Origin: Candidatus Latescibacterota bacterium
GTDB taxonomy: Bacteria > Latescibacterota > UBA2968 > GCA-2709665
DNA length: 64,000 nucleotides
Assembly (NCBI GenBank): GCA_965222075.1
Contig: OZ244937.1
Location: forward strand, 1,376,001 to 1,440,000
Direction of reading: 5' to 3'
In this document: positions 22,190 through 32,500 of the stretch, in pieces
Layout: each line of letters opens with the position of its first letter
Numbering within the stretch: position 1 is the first letter of the stretch
Program-made: the position numbers and the translations under genes
Notes under the pieces: model-generated
Databases searched by the model: none
What the model was told of the DNA's origin: nothing
Seen by the model: the letters and a program-made list of their open reading frames with translations, nothing else

Positions 22190-24055
22190 CTACCGTCTGA
22201 AATGCTGGTCGATTTCATCCAACGACATCTTGACCACAATAGGCCGGCCCTGAGGGCCGACAAAAGGCTCCCGGGTTGCAAACAGCCGATCGATGAGGCC
22301 CTGCATCTCCCTGGTGGAGAGGGCGTCCCCGGACCGGACGGACGTGTGGGCGGCATACGATGCGGCCAGCCGGTGCTCCAGAGGGGAGATCTGCCGGTCT
22401 TGTCCGGGCGAAGCGGAAAACCGGCCCTCCAGATCCCGGACAATTTCCCGGAGGAGCTTCCCCTCCTCCCAGGCCTTCAGATCCACAGGGATCGCATCGA
22501 CCACCACGGTATTTCCCCCGAAATCCCGGACTCCGAAACCCATTTTTTCCAGCAAGGGCATGGCCTCCCGAACGGCCTGGATCTCCGCAAGCCCAAAATC
22601 CAGCGTGAGGGGAAACAAGAGGCGTTGTCCGGTGCCGGGCGTACCGTGGAAATGTTCCAGCACCTGTTCGTACAGAATGCGCTCGTGCGCGACGTGCTGG
22701 TCGATGATGATAACCCCGTTCTTGATGTGGGCCAGGATGTATCTCTGATGCAGTTGCCAGACCGAAACCTGGGCCGGGTTCTCTTCGATCAGGTCCTCTT
22801 CGGGCAACGCCCTGGCCGGCTGCACGCCCTCCACGGCCGGTTTGCGCACCGTCAGCGGCAGAGCCATTTGGGGGTCCCTGTCGAGTCCCAGCGGATCTGT
22901 GAGATAGGCCTGACGGCGTTCTTCAGCCGGGCGTTCTGCGACCAGTTCCGGCGCGCGTCCGGGCATCATCTCCGGCGGATGTACAGACGCCTTCGGAGAC
23001 GACGAAGCCGTTCCGGAAAATGTGGAAATCGGCTCAAAGTTGCCCGGCCCCATATCGGGGATCAAATCGACCTCGCGGATCGCCGTGCGAACAGCCTCGG
23101 CCAGGGTCCGGTAAACCGTGCGTTCATCGGCAAACCGGACCTCCCGTTTGGACGGGTGTACGTTCACATCCAGGCGGGTCGGATCGACCTCCAGGAAAAT
23201 GGAAAAGGTCGGATAGAGGCCCCTGGCCAGCAGTCCGCCGTAGCCGTCGTAAATCGCATAGGTCATGGCCTTATGCTGTACCCACCGGCCGTTCACGACC
23301 AGGGCCTGCTGCGCGCCCGACTTGCAGGCGGTCTCGGGGCGGCCCACAAAGCCCCAGACCCGGATGCCCTCTGCGCCGCCCTCTACAAAGATCGCATCCC
23401 CGCCCAGATAGACCCCGAATACCGATTCGATCCGGCGCTTTCGGTCGGCGCGGTCCAGGTTGAGCATTTCGCGGCCGTTGTGCGAAAAAACAAACGCGAT
23501 CTCGGCATAGGCCAGGGCCAGGCCGGTCACGGCATTGACCGTATGCCGCAGTTCGGTGTCGGTCCCCTTTAAAAACTTGCGTCTGGCCGGCACGTTAAAA
23601 AAAAGCCCGTGAACGGTCACGGTCGTCCCCCGTCCCCGTCCAGCGGACGTCATATCCCGGACCCGTCCGCCCTCCACCACAATCCGGGTTGCCTCTTCGT
23701 CCTCCTCCAGCCGGGTTTCCAGAACCATTCGAGACACGGCCGCGATACTGGGCAGGGCCTCTCCGCGAAACCCGAGGGTGCGCAGGGTGCGCAGGTCAGA
23801 CAGGTCGCAAATCTTGCTGGTCGCATGGCGTTCCAGGGCCAAGAGGGCGTCGTCCCGGCACATGCCACAGCCGTTGTCGCTGACCCGAATGGTCTCCTTC
23901 CCCCCCGCGGCGACCTCGACCACAATCCGGTCCGCACCCGCATCAATGGCGTTTTCGACCAGTTCCTTCACCACCGACGCCGGTCGCTCCACCACTTCTC
24001 CGGCGGCAATCCGGTTGGCGATTTCATCGGGAAGAACGCGAATACGGTTGGGCAT
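22190..24055 (-). CDS. mutL: DNA mismatch repair endonuclease MutL
   Basis: IAAGEVVERPASVVKELVENAIDA, GFRGEAL, DVNVHPSKREV, DQHVAHER. The C-terminal C/H metal motifs are degenerate (SYAAH, VGPQGRP). Confidence 0.95.
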   Translation of the reverse strand: MPNRIRVLPDEIANRIAAGEVVERPASVVKELVENAIDAGADRIVVEVAAGGKETIRVSDNGCGMCRDDALLALERHATSKICDLSDLRTLRTLGFRGEALPSIAAVSRMVLETRLEEDEEATRIVVEGGRVRDMTSAGRGRGTTVTVHGLFFNVPARRKFLKGTDTELRHTVNAVTGLALAYAEIAFVFSHNGREMLNLDRADRKRRIESVFGVYLGGDAIFVEGGAEGIRVWGFVGRPETACKSGAQQALVVNGRWVQHKAMTYAIYDGYGGLLARGLYPTFSIFLEVDPTRLDVNVHPSKREVRFADERTVYRTLAEAVRTAIREVDLIPDMGPGNFEPISTFSGTASSSPKASVHPPEMMPGRAPELVAERPAEERRQAYLTDPLGLDRDPQMALPLTVRKPAVEGVQPARALPEEDLIEENPAQVSVWQLHQRYILAHIKNGVIIIDQHVAHERILYEQVLEHFHGTPGTGQRLLFPLTLDFGLAEIQAVREAMPLLEKMGFGVRDFGGNTVVVDAIPVDLKAWEEGKLLREIVRDLEGRFSASPGQDRQISPLEHRLAASYAAHTSVRSGDALSTREMQGLIDRLFATREPFVGPQGRPIVVKMSLDEIDQHFRR

Positions 24056-24073
24056 AAGAAAAGCCCTTACAGG

Positions 24074-24202
24074 CTAACCCGCCAGGAGAGCGAAACAATC
24101 GGCTTCCGTCACAAACTTCTCCGCCACCACCCTGGAAACCTGCCTGCGCAGTGCTGAAAACCGCTCGTGGTCCACAATCAGCACCCGTGTTGACCCGGAC
24201 AT
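24074..24202 (-). CDS. Small hypothetical protein (42 aa), possibly a receiver-domain-like remnant
   Basis: AGGAG RBS then MSGSTRVLIVDHERF...; fills the gap between the aminotransferase and mutL. Confidence 0.35.
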   Translation of the reverse strand: MSGSTRVLIVDHERFSALRRQVSRVVAEKFVTEADCFALLAG

Positions 24203-24215
24203 AGACCCCGATCTC

Positions 24216-25574
24216 CTATCCATCTGCGAGCCGGTCCAGGGCGCAGTCCAGGGCCTGCACCGTCCTGTCCAGATCTTCCCGGGTATGTGTCGAAGCAGCC
24301 AGCCCCGCCAACCCGCACATGTCAACCCCCTCCAACAGCATGGCCGAATGGAAGGCGTCTCTGATGGCCGGATCCGGCCCTTTCAGATCCCGGTAATCGT
24401 ACCGTCCCTCCCGGATGGCCGGCAGAGCCTCTTCGGGGTCCCCACAATTGGGAAGGACCTTAATGCCCGAAAAATCTCCGTAAACCACCCAGTTGACGCG
24501 GTGGGCGGCGATCACCTCGTTCAGGCGCCTGCGCAAACGGTCTGCATTCCGGTTGGCCTTCTTGATCTCCTCACCGGAGGCGATGGTCTTCAGAGTCGCA
24601 ATGCCGGCTGCGGCGGAAAGGGGGTTGGCGTTAAACGTCCCCTGATGGGGCATTTTGCGGCAGGTGTCCCATTCCCGGTCTCCGTGAAAGGCCAGGAGTT
24701 CAAAAATATCCGCCCGCCCCGCCAGGCACCCTCCGGGCAGCCCGCCCGCCAGGATTTTGGCCAGAGAGGTCAGATCGGGCGTCACGTTGAAATAGGCCTG
24801 GGCCCCTCCGGGTGAGCAACGGAACCCGGTGACCACCTCGTCAAAAACCAGAAGCACATCGTGCCGCCTTGTGACCTCACGCAGGTCCTGTAAAAAGCCC
24901 TGTCGGGTGGGAATGGCGCCAAATGTCGCGCCCGTGGGTTCCAGGATCACACAGGCGATATCGTCGTCCTCTTTGAGAATATCTTCAATCTGATTGATAT
25001 CGTTGGGCGGGCAGAGGCGCACCGTGTCGGCCACCTCGCGCAAAATACCGGGAGGCACCGGCTCATCAAACGGGGGAATCACGCCGACGATCAGATTGTC
25101 GTGCCACCCGTGAAAATGCCCGATGAACTTGACCACCTTCCGCTTGCCGGTAAAGGTGCGCGCCAGCCGCAGCGCCATCATGGTGGCCTCCGTGCCCGAA
25201 CTGGTAAACCGGACCCGTTCGGCCGAAGGAATCAGGCGTTGCACCCATTCTCCCCATTCGACCTCCAGTTCGTGGCAGGCCCCGTAGTGCGTGCCCAAAG
25301 CAACCTGTTCGGTCACAGCCTGCACCAGCACCGGGTGGGCGTGCCCCAGCAGCAAAGCCCCGTGCCCCATCCAGAAATCCACGTATTCCCGGCCGTCCAC
25401 ATCCCACTTGCGCCCCCCCGCCGCCCGGCTTGCGTAGATCGGAAATGGACCGTAACTGCGCAGGTCGTGCGTCACCCCGTTTGGAAAGATGCGCTGAGCG
25501 CGTTCGTAGAGCGCATACGACCCCTGAAGGGCCTCATAATAAGCCGGTTCAATCCCTGCAACCATTTCCGCCAC
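24216..25574 (-). CDS. Class III PLP aminotransferase (glutamate-1-semialdehyde aminomutase-like)
   Basis: WDVDGREYVD, RFTSSGTEA, FDEVVTGFR, AKILAGGLP, GTFNANPLS. Confidence 0.88.
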   Translation of the reverse strand: MAEMVAGIEPAYYEALQGSYALYERAQRIFPNGVTHDLRSYGPFPIYASRAAGGRKWDVDGREYVDFWMGHGALLLGHAHPVLVQAVTEQVALGTHYGACHELEVEWGEWVQRLIPSAERVRFTSSGTEATMMALRLARTFTGKRKVVKFIGHFHGWHDNLIVGVIPPFDEPVPPGILREVADTVRLCPPNDINQIEDILKEDDDIACVILEPTGATFGAIPTRQGFLQDLREVTRRHDVLLVFDEVVTGFRCSPGGAQAYFNVTPDLTSLAKILAGGLPGGCLAGRADIFELLAFHGDREWDTCRKMPHQGTFNANPLSAAAGIATLKTIASGEEIKKANRNADRLRRRLNEVIAAHRVNWVVYGDFSGIKVLPNCGDPEEALPAIREGRYDYRDLKGPDPAIRDAFHSAMLLEGVDMCGLAGLAASTHTREDLDRTVQALDCALDRLADG

Positions 25575-25676
25575 AAGATATTCCTCCGATTATATCAACT
25601 CAATTTAACCGAAAACGACAATACGTCCAATAAAAATAAGCAATGGCCCTTTGGAATGCAACTGCCAAAATCCTCC

Positions 25677-25770
25677 CTACCGCTGCGCCAACAGCGCCTT
25701 TGCCTGCCCGAAGAGCCTCTCCACCATCTCTTCGGTCAACACCCCGGTGTTCATGTTGTACCGGCTGAAA
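25677..25770 (-). pseudogene. Possible C-terminal remnant of a family-5 uracil-DNA glycosylase
   Basis: SRYNMNTGVLTEEMVERLF..AK resembles the UdgB C-terminal SRYNTNTGVLT..M...F motif; the rest of the gene is absent. Confidence 0.45.
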
Positions 25771-25889
25771 AGGAATCCCCCCTGCCCCCCTCTTTTCGGG
25801 GACGCTTGCCCAATATCTTCTTTCAGAAAAAAGAGGCGATCCCCAGAATATGGGATCGCCTCCTGCACATCCGTACATCCATGCGAGGC

Positions 25890-26252
25890 TTATTCGATTC
25901 TTGGATTGAAAAAAACAGCCTGCTGAGCCTGGCGCGCCATCACTTCGTGTTCTTCATCCGTACACGCACTGTCCGTGGGAACGTCCGTATCCCGACCTCC
26001 GGGCTTATAGCCATTCGCGATCAGGTAGGACTCCAGTTCGTCCCCGTTGATATCGGCCAGCATATGGCCGCCGATCTCCACGCAGGGCTGCAGGGGCTGC
26101 CCGCTCTTGCGAACCATTTCTGCGTAGTTTTCGGGATAGTTAATAATGTCTTTATCCTGGAATTCCAGCCCATATTTTCCCAGAACCGCGCGCACGCCTC
26201 GGCTCCATCCACAACTCGGTTTTAAATAGGCAACAACCTTGGGATTTGCCAT
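25890..26252 (-). CDS. Monothiol glutaredoxin-like protein
   Basis: KPSCGWS active-site motif, SGQPLQPCVEIGG (cis-Pro region), AGAGGAG RBS. Confidence 0.85.
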   Translation of the reverse strand: MANPKVVAYLKPSCGWSRGVRAVLGKYGLEFQDKDIINYPENYAEMVRKSGQPLQPCVEIGGHMLADINGDELESYLIANGYKPGGRDTDVPTDSACTDEEHEVMARQAQQAVFFNPRIE

Positions 26253-26343
26253 AGAACGCTATCCTCCTCTTCGGAAAGGGATAAATAAACGATTGTCAAA
26301 ATGAAAGATAATCAAAATTTCAGGTTTCGCAACCCTTTAAACG

Positions 26344-26649
26344 TCATTCAGAAGCATTTACAGCCTCTGCAAAATCCAGGTCCGCCCGGGTTACGGCATT
26401 CTTGCTATGCGTGGTTACGGTTACGGTGAGGGTCTTGTTCCGGCTGTCCAGGTGAATATCCGAGTGATGGTTGTTGCTGTCCATAACCCCGGTCAGCTTT
26501 CGCACAAAGGCCATGGTCGGGACAAACTTCTCAAACCTCCAGACCCGGCGGAGCTCCTTCTTCCCCGCATCGTACTCCCACCCGTCCAGACCGGCAAGCG
26601 CACCCCGGATCTCCGCTTCGTTGACGAGGGTCTTATCCTCTACGGACAT
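26344..26649 (-). CDS. phhB: Pterin-4a-carbinolamine dehydratase
   Basis: L.GW...ELRR.WRF..F...MAFV, NHHSDI, TTHS..AVT..D. ATG 26649 after AAGGAGG. Confidence 0.85.
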   Translation of the reverse strand: MSVEDKTLVNEAEIRGALAGLDGWEYDAGKKELRRVWRFEKFVPTMAFVRKLTGVMDSNNHHSDIHLDSRNKTLTVTVTTHSKNAVTRADLDFAEAVNASE

Positions 26650-26700
26650 ACACTCCTCCTTATCTAAAAATTGCCCCAGGTGTCTCTTATGATATTCCCA

Positions 26701-26768
26701 AATATAGCAAAGGGGGTGAGATTTATCAACCCTCCAGTTCCCCAGGGAACCACGGCCTCCCATTCCCC
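26701..26768 (-). repeat. Left copy of the mobA 3'-end/promoter duplication, with an internal mobA fragment
   Basis: 26701-26736 matches 37796-37831 (34/36). 26745-26768 is identical to 38067-38090 inside mobA. Contains TTGATA-N17-TATATT with an extended -10 TG. Confidence 0.85.
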
Positions 26769-26832
26769 GAAGGCGCGGGAGGCACCCTCCTCCCTGCTTC
26801 AGGGACCAAATCCGGAATTTTGAGACGGCTTC

Positions 26833-27414
26833 TTATGGGCGATCACCCTTGATGCTTCTCGCGCAGAAGTAGCCTTTGGTGCGCGATAATCGCGCGCCGC
26901 TGCGCCAGCTGCCCGCGAAACCGTCCGCGGCGATCTCGTGTACCTCCAGCACCGTGTAGGCCCCGTCGAAGAGCATCGCATCCCGCCGGTTGGCGTCCGC
27001 ACCAAGGCGCAGCAGGATGCGGCGCTGACCGGCGCGGTTGCTTTCAAGCACGAGAACGCCGGGAGCCTGCGGGTCTTTACTGGCCGGATCGCCGACCCTG
27101 TACGCGCCAACCGCCCGGAGGTCCACATCTGTAAATCCGTACAGCGGCGTTGAGGCCGCGCCCAGCGAGTCGAGCCCCGGCGGTTGCCTGCGCAGGGTGA
27201 GCGCGCCCTGCACAGAGCGGGCGTTGGCACCATTGACCACTTCCACCAGCGTCAGCCGGTAGCGGCCGGCCCTACCCGATAGGGTCGCATCGGCGCGCAG
27301 GCGTGAGGACACCGGGGTGCAGATGGCCTCTGGCGGCGGCTCGCCTGCCCGGCATCCGGCCAGAGGTACAACGGAGATCATTGTCACAAGTATGCAAACG
27401 TCCAGGCGGCTCAT
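26833..27414 (-). CDS. Hypothetical lipoprotein
   Basis: MSRLDVCILVTMISVVPLAGC lipobox; ATGA overlap with the upstream gene. Confidence 0.65.
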   Translation of the reverse strand: MSRLDVCILVTMISVVPLAGCRAGEPPPEAICTPVSSRLRADATLSGRAGRYRLTLVEVVNGANARSVQGALTLRRQPPGLDSLGAASTPLYGFTDVDLRAVGAYRVGDPASKDPQAPGVLVLESNRAGQRRILLRLGADANRRDAMLFDGAYTVLEVHEIAADGFAGSWRSGARLSRTKGYFCARSIKGDRP

Positions 27415-29558
27415 TCGCCCTCCGGGGTGCTGCGCAGATTCAGGATGATCGGCTCGGGCTCGTCGGGTCCGGCCTCGGGGTGCGTTACGATGCAGTTGAG
27501 CAGGATCAGGTCCTCCAGGGACGCCCTTGCGAAGCGAGTAGAAGAAGAGGAGGTGGAAGGCAGGGTGTACGCGTCGGCCTGTGTGACGTCCACGCTGTAG
27601 CCTATGTCGGCCAGCGACTGGATCGTGATCGTGCTCAGCGGATGCGTAACAGCGTCGCCGATCCTGGACGTCATAAGTTCGCTTTGGAATACGGACTCCC
27701 GCCAGTGACTGTCCTGGCTGCCCGATCCCCCCCACGTGTTCTCCACCGGCACCTTCGCGCCCGTGTAGCTCGTCCCTCCCGCGGCATTGAATGCGGCAAT
27801 CGCGTTTGCACCCGAGAAATACGTATCGGGCGCGGGAACAATGGGGTCGCCGTTCACATCGAGGGAGGGGTTATGCAGCAGGTTGTGATCTTCCCACAGT
27901 CCAAGGCCGAATCCCAGGGTGTGACCCATCTCGTGCAGAATGAGGGCTGCCAGCTCGTTGTCCGTCAGTCTGTTCAGATCGTCCTGGTCCAGCTCCACAT
28001 ATGAAGCGATCGGCAATGAGGACGGAGTGCGCCAAACGAGCCGCCCCGCCTGTCCGAGGGTGCCACTTGGTCCATCGATCTCGAGGACTTCCACGTAGAT
28101 CACCAGGTCGTCGACGACCTCGGGGGCGGTGGTCCCCGGAAAAAGCCCGTTCAACAGACTGCGCCTGCGGTCCGACAAACGGTGGTTGGGGATGTCCTGG
28201 GTGATGATCCGTTCCCAACGTGCGGCGGCGGTTTCAAAGGCTGACCGAACCCTGCGGGAAGGTGTGTTGCCGGCGTAGACGAGCTCGATATTGAAGGCAG
28301 AGGCTCCGGGCACGGTCGCCTCCGCAGCCACGGAGCGCACGCCCACCAGGCTGCCGTCGCAGCCCGCCCCGAGGTATGCGTAATCCGCCTCGTAGGTGTT
28401 GCCGGGCACGAAGAAATCGGAGACCAGGGACTGCAGCGTTACCGTGATGGACTTGGGGGAATCCTCATCGTTGGTTACGGCAAAGCACCCTGTGGCCCAG
28501 CTCCCGATGGGCTCCTTCTGCCGGATTCTGATCTGGTAGGCATGGGTTTCGTTGGCCAGGAAGTCATCGGTGAATTCGAGGGTGAACAGGTTGCCGCTGG
28601 TGCTCAGTGTGGGAGCCGACAGGGATGGCGCCTGGACATTCACATCGAATGTCGTCGAGACGGTCGCGCCCCAGGGATCGCTCGCCGTTACGGTAATGAT
28701 CGCAGTGCCGGTGGCCAGCGGATCAACCAGGACCTCGGTACCGCTCACCTGCACTGACACGGCAGTCCTGTTGTTCGACGACGCCGTATACCGCAACCCG
28801 AAATCGTCGGGATCGTCGAATGCGTCATCCACGGACACGACCTCGACCGCGCCCCCCACCGGAAGCGACACATCGTCGATGGAACCATCGACGACCGGGG
28901 ACTGGTTGGGGATCGTCACCTCAGCCGAAGGAGACCACTCGCTCTCCCCTTCGTCGTTCTTCGCCCGCACCTGCACCTCGTAGGTCGTGTCCCGATTCAA
29001 GCCCGTGATCCCCACCTGCCAGTCCGGTTCCGTCCAGTCCGGTTCCGGATCCGGGGTGTAGCCGATGAAGTCGGCGCTGTTCTTGACGCGATACTGTATT
29101 TCCCAGGCGGTGATGTCCGGCCCGCTGTTCGCTGGCGGTCTCCGGCCCGGGCTCACCACGATCGTTCGGGAAAACGTGTAGGGGAGATCCAATATGGGCG
29201 CGGGCGGCTGGCCCGGGGGCTCGTCTACGTCATCTATGATAACGCTAATCGTCTGAGTCGCTGTCCGTTCCCGATCGCCCGTGCCGCTGGTCGCCGTGAC
29301 CTGGACGCCATAGACGTTATTGCTCGCGACCGGATGCTCATAGTCGGGGGCGGTCACGAAGGTTAATATACCCCCACTCGTGATCGCAAACTGCGCCTGG
29401 GTGCCGCCGGTAATCTCATAACCGGTGATATAGTCTCTGGCGTCGACATCCGTGGCGACCACCGTGCCGACCTCGGTTTCATTTTCTTTCACGTCGAAGG
29501 TGCCGGCACTGGTGAAGGTTGGCGACTGGTTGGTGCTGGTGGCTCCGATGATTGTCAC
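27411..29558 (-). CDS. C-terminal segment of a giant surface protein: cadherin-like, FN3, Ig-like and leishmanolysin/M8-type zinc metalloprotease domains
   Basis: HEMGH.LG zinc motif, DSHWRES..F.SELMT. In frame with the upstream ORF if one G is restored near 29558. Confidence 0.8.
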   Translation of the reverse strand: MTIIGATSTNQSPTFTSAGTFDVKENETEVGTVVATDVDARDYITGYEITGGTQAQFAITSGGILTFVTAPDYEHPVASNNVYGVQVTATSGTGDRERTATQTISVIIDDVDEPPGQPPAPILDLPYTFSRTIVVSPGRRPPANSGPDITAWEIQYRVKNSADFIGYTPDPEPDWTEPDWQVGITGLNRDTTYEVQVRAKNDEGESEWSPSAEVTIPNQSPVVDGSIDDVSLPVGGAVEVVSVDDAFDDPDDFGLRYTASSNNRTAVSVQVSGTEVLVDPLATGTAIITVTASDPWGATVSTTFDVNVQAPSLSAPTLSTSGNLFTLEFTDDFLANETHAYQIRIRQKEPIGSWATGCFAVTNDEDSPKSITVTLQSLVSDFFVPGNTYEADYAYLGAGCDGSLVGVRSVAAEATVPGASAFNIELVYAGNTPSRRVRSAFETAAARWERIITQDIPNHRLSDRRRSLLNGLFPGTTAPEVVDDLVIYVEVLEIDGPSGTLGQAGRLVWRTPSSLPIASYVELDQDDLNRLTDNELAALILHEMGHTLGFGLGLWEDHNLLHNPSLDVNGDPIVPAPDTYFSGANAIAAFNAAGGTSYTGAKVPVENTWGGSGSQDSHWRESVFQSELMTSRIGDAVTHPLSTITIQSLADIGYSVDVTQADAYTLPSTSSSSTRFARASLEDLILLNCIVTHPEAGPDEPEPIILNLRSTPEGE

Positions 29559-32500
29559 GTCACAGCCTCGGCGGGCACATCCTGATAATCTCCGCCGCTG
29601 ACCATGTGGCTCAGCGTGACCATGTCGTTTGCCACTGCATCGGAATCGGCAGTCACCATCACCGTTTGCGACATGTCGTAGGTATCGGCCGCGAACATCC
29701 GTTCCGTCGGGTTCACCGAGACATCCGAACCTGTTGGCACACTCACCTTGACCGTCACGTCCATCGTCGGCTGCGAGTTCAGAGCCATTGTGTACGTGTT
29801 GCTGTCGCCCACGGCCACGGATAGCTCCGTCGGGTATATCTTCACTTCCGGCAGCCCGGCGATGACTTCCAGCGGCAAGTCCGCGGATGTGACGAACGCG
29901 TAGCCGCTGTCGGTCGGGGGCAGGTCCGGCAATGTTTCGATGTCTACGGTGACGGCAAGAGTCGTGCCGGGCGTGCGGGTTACCGTGAGGACATTGCTTT
30001 CCTGGCTACCCTGGGAGATTTCAATGCTGTTTGTGCCGCCGCCAACGGTGCCATTGACCACCTGGAGTGGGAGTACCATCTCAAAGGGCGCGCCGGTGTG
30101 CGCTTTGGCTTTTAATTGGCCCGACGCAACCAGCTCCAGTGAAACGGTTACGGGCAGGGGGTCAACCGTGTTGCGCTCCAGCTTGAGCGTTGTCAGCGCG
30201 GTGAGGCCGGAGAATATCCCATCGGGCAGGCTGCTGAGGCCGTTGTCGTTCAGATGGAGGGTTTCCAGGTTCGTCAGCCTGGAGAAGAGGCCCGCGTCCA
30301 GGCTGCTCAGTTCGTGACCGGATTTCTGTTCGTTGAGATAGAGCACTTGCAGCGCCGACAGCCCGGAAAAGACATTCTGCGGCAGGCTGCTCAGTTTGTT
30401 GTCGCTCAAGTCGAGGGCTTCCAGCGCCGACAGGTTGGAAAAAAGATTCGCATCCAGGCTGCTCAGTTCGTTGCCGTCCAGGTCGAGGGCTTCCAGGTTC
30501 GTCAGGTTGGAAAATAGACCCGCATCCAAACTGCTCAGTTCGTTGCCGTCCAGATCGAGGGCTTCCAGGTTCGTCAGGTTGGAAAATAGACCCGCATCCA
30601 AACTGCTCAGTTCGTTGCCGTGCAGGTCGAGAATCCTCAGCGCCGACAGGTTGGAAAAGACACTCGCATTCAGGCTGCTCAGTTTGTTGCCGTCCAGGTC
30701 GAGGGCTTCCAGCGCCGACAGGTTGGAAAAGACACTCGCACCCAGGCTGTCGAGTTCGTTGCCGTCCAGGTCGAGAATCCTCAGCGACGACAGCCCGGAA
30801 AAGACATTCGCATCCAGGCTGTCGAGTTCGTTGCCGTGCAGGTCGAGGGCTTGCAGCGACGACAGCCCGGAAAAGACATTCGTATTCAGGCTGTCGAGCT
30901 GATTGCCATCCAGTAAGAGAATCTCCAGGTTCGTCAGGTTGGAAAAAAGATTCGCGTCGAGGCCGTCGAGTTCGTTATCCCGAAGAGAAAGCGTTTCCAG
31001 CGCTGACAGGTTGGAGAAGATATTCTGCGGGAGGCTGCTGAGTTGGTTGTCTCTCAGATAGAGCGATTCCAGTACCGTCAGCCCTGAAAAGTCATTGGCC
31101 TTCAGCGTTGAGATGTTCTTTTCACTCAGCGAGAGTTGGGTGACCGCGGCCAGGTGTTCCGGCGTGACAGCGCCGCAGGTGCTGACAGGTGCTGCCTCTA
31201 CGATCGCATCGCGCACCTGCCGGGTGCGGTTGCAGACATTGAGGGACTGGTCCTGAGTCCGGTTTGTCACGGTCAATTTTGTGAGGGCGACCGCGGAGTT
31301 TTGCGCCAGGTCACGGATCGGGTTGGTCCCCGGCGTGTAGCTCAGTTTTACCGTCTGGCCCGGTGTTACGGCAGAGGCGAGGGTGAGTGACACCTCGCTG
31401 GTGGACATCGTAACCGCAGTGACGCTGTGAGCCGTGTCGTCCACGGCAACTGCGAAGTCGCCGGTCGCCGGCCTTGGATCGCCGTCGAGCACCTCGCCGT
31501 AGCTCAGCGCCAACTCGTCGCTCTTCACCTCCGCCTCGGTGAGCGCCGGCGCGATGCCATCGACCTTGTGCCCAGACCGATTGGTGCGCGCCGTGTGCGC
31601 CAGGTCCGCGTTTATGGCAGTATTGTTTTTACGAATGCGCCCGCCGTTGAGCTTGAGGCCGTTGGCGTTGATGGTGGCCCCGTCGGTGTCCTCTTCGGTG
31701 GCCTGCACCGTGTATTGGAACAGGAGCTGGGGTGTGGTCGAGCCGCTCTGGTAGTCGGCCTGGCGCACGGTGGAGCCGACCGTCAGATCGATCTGCGGCA
31801 TCCCGATCACCGCCACCGTATCGTTGAAGGTCGCGGTCACGTCCATCACGTCGTCCCGTTTGTAGGCGCTGTTCTGCCCCGAGGCCGGGCTGGAGGTAAA
31901 CGCGACGCTCGATACCGTCGGCGCGGTGAGGGTCGTCCCGTTGACCCGGTCGGACCACGGCCCCTTCCCTTCGGGGTTTTTGGCCTGCACCTGAACCTGG
32001 TAGGTTCGGCCCGAGCGCAGGCCGGTGATGGTGCGGGTCCGGGCCAGGCCGCTGTCAGGCCAGTCGGTGAAGGCGCCGCTGTCGCGGTACTGCACAAAGT
32101 AGTTCGTGATCGCAGGCCCGGTATTGGTCGGCTCGGTCCAGCTCACGGTCAGGCTGTTCTCCGTTTCGTTGCTCACCGTGGGCGGATCGGGCTTGCCCGG
32201 CGGTTCATCGACATCTTTCACGGTGACGGTAATCGTCTGTGTTGCCGTCAGATCCCGGGTCCCCGTGCCGCCGGTGGCTGTGACCGCCACGATGTATTCG
32301 TTGTCGCTTCCCGCATCGGCCGGACGCTCGAAGTCGGGATCCTCCTTGAAGCGCAGCTCTCTCGTGTTGATAATCTCGAACCGGTCCCCGTCAGCCCCGC
32401 CGGTGACCTCGTAGCCGGTGATCTGGTCGTCTCTGTCGACGTCCTCGGCGGCCACCCTGGCGACAACCTGCTCATTTTCCTTGACCGTGAAGGCATCGTC

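Noticed and set aside
30170-31150. Regularly spaced repeats as a CRISPR array
   Set aside because: The 72-bp in-frame units encode LRRs; there are no unique spacers and no cas genes.
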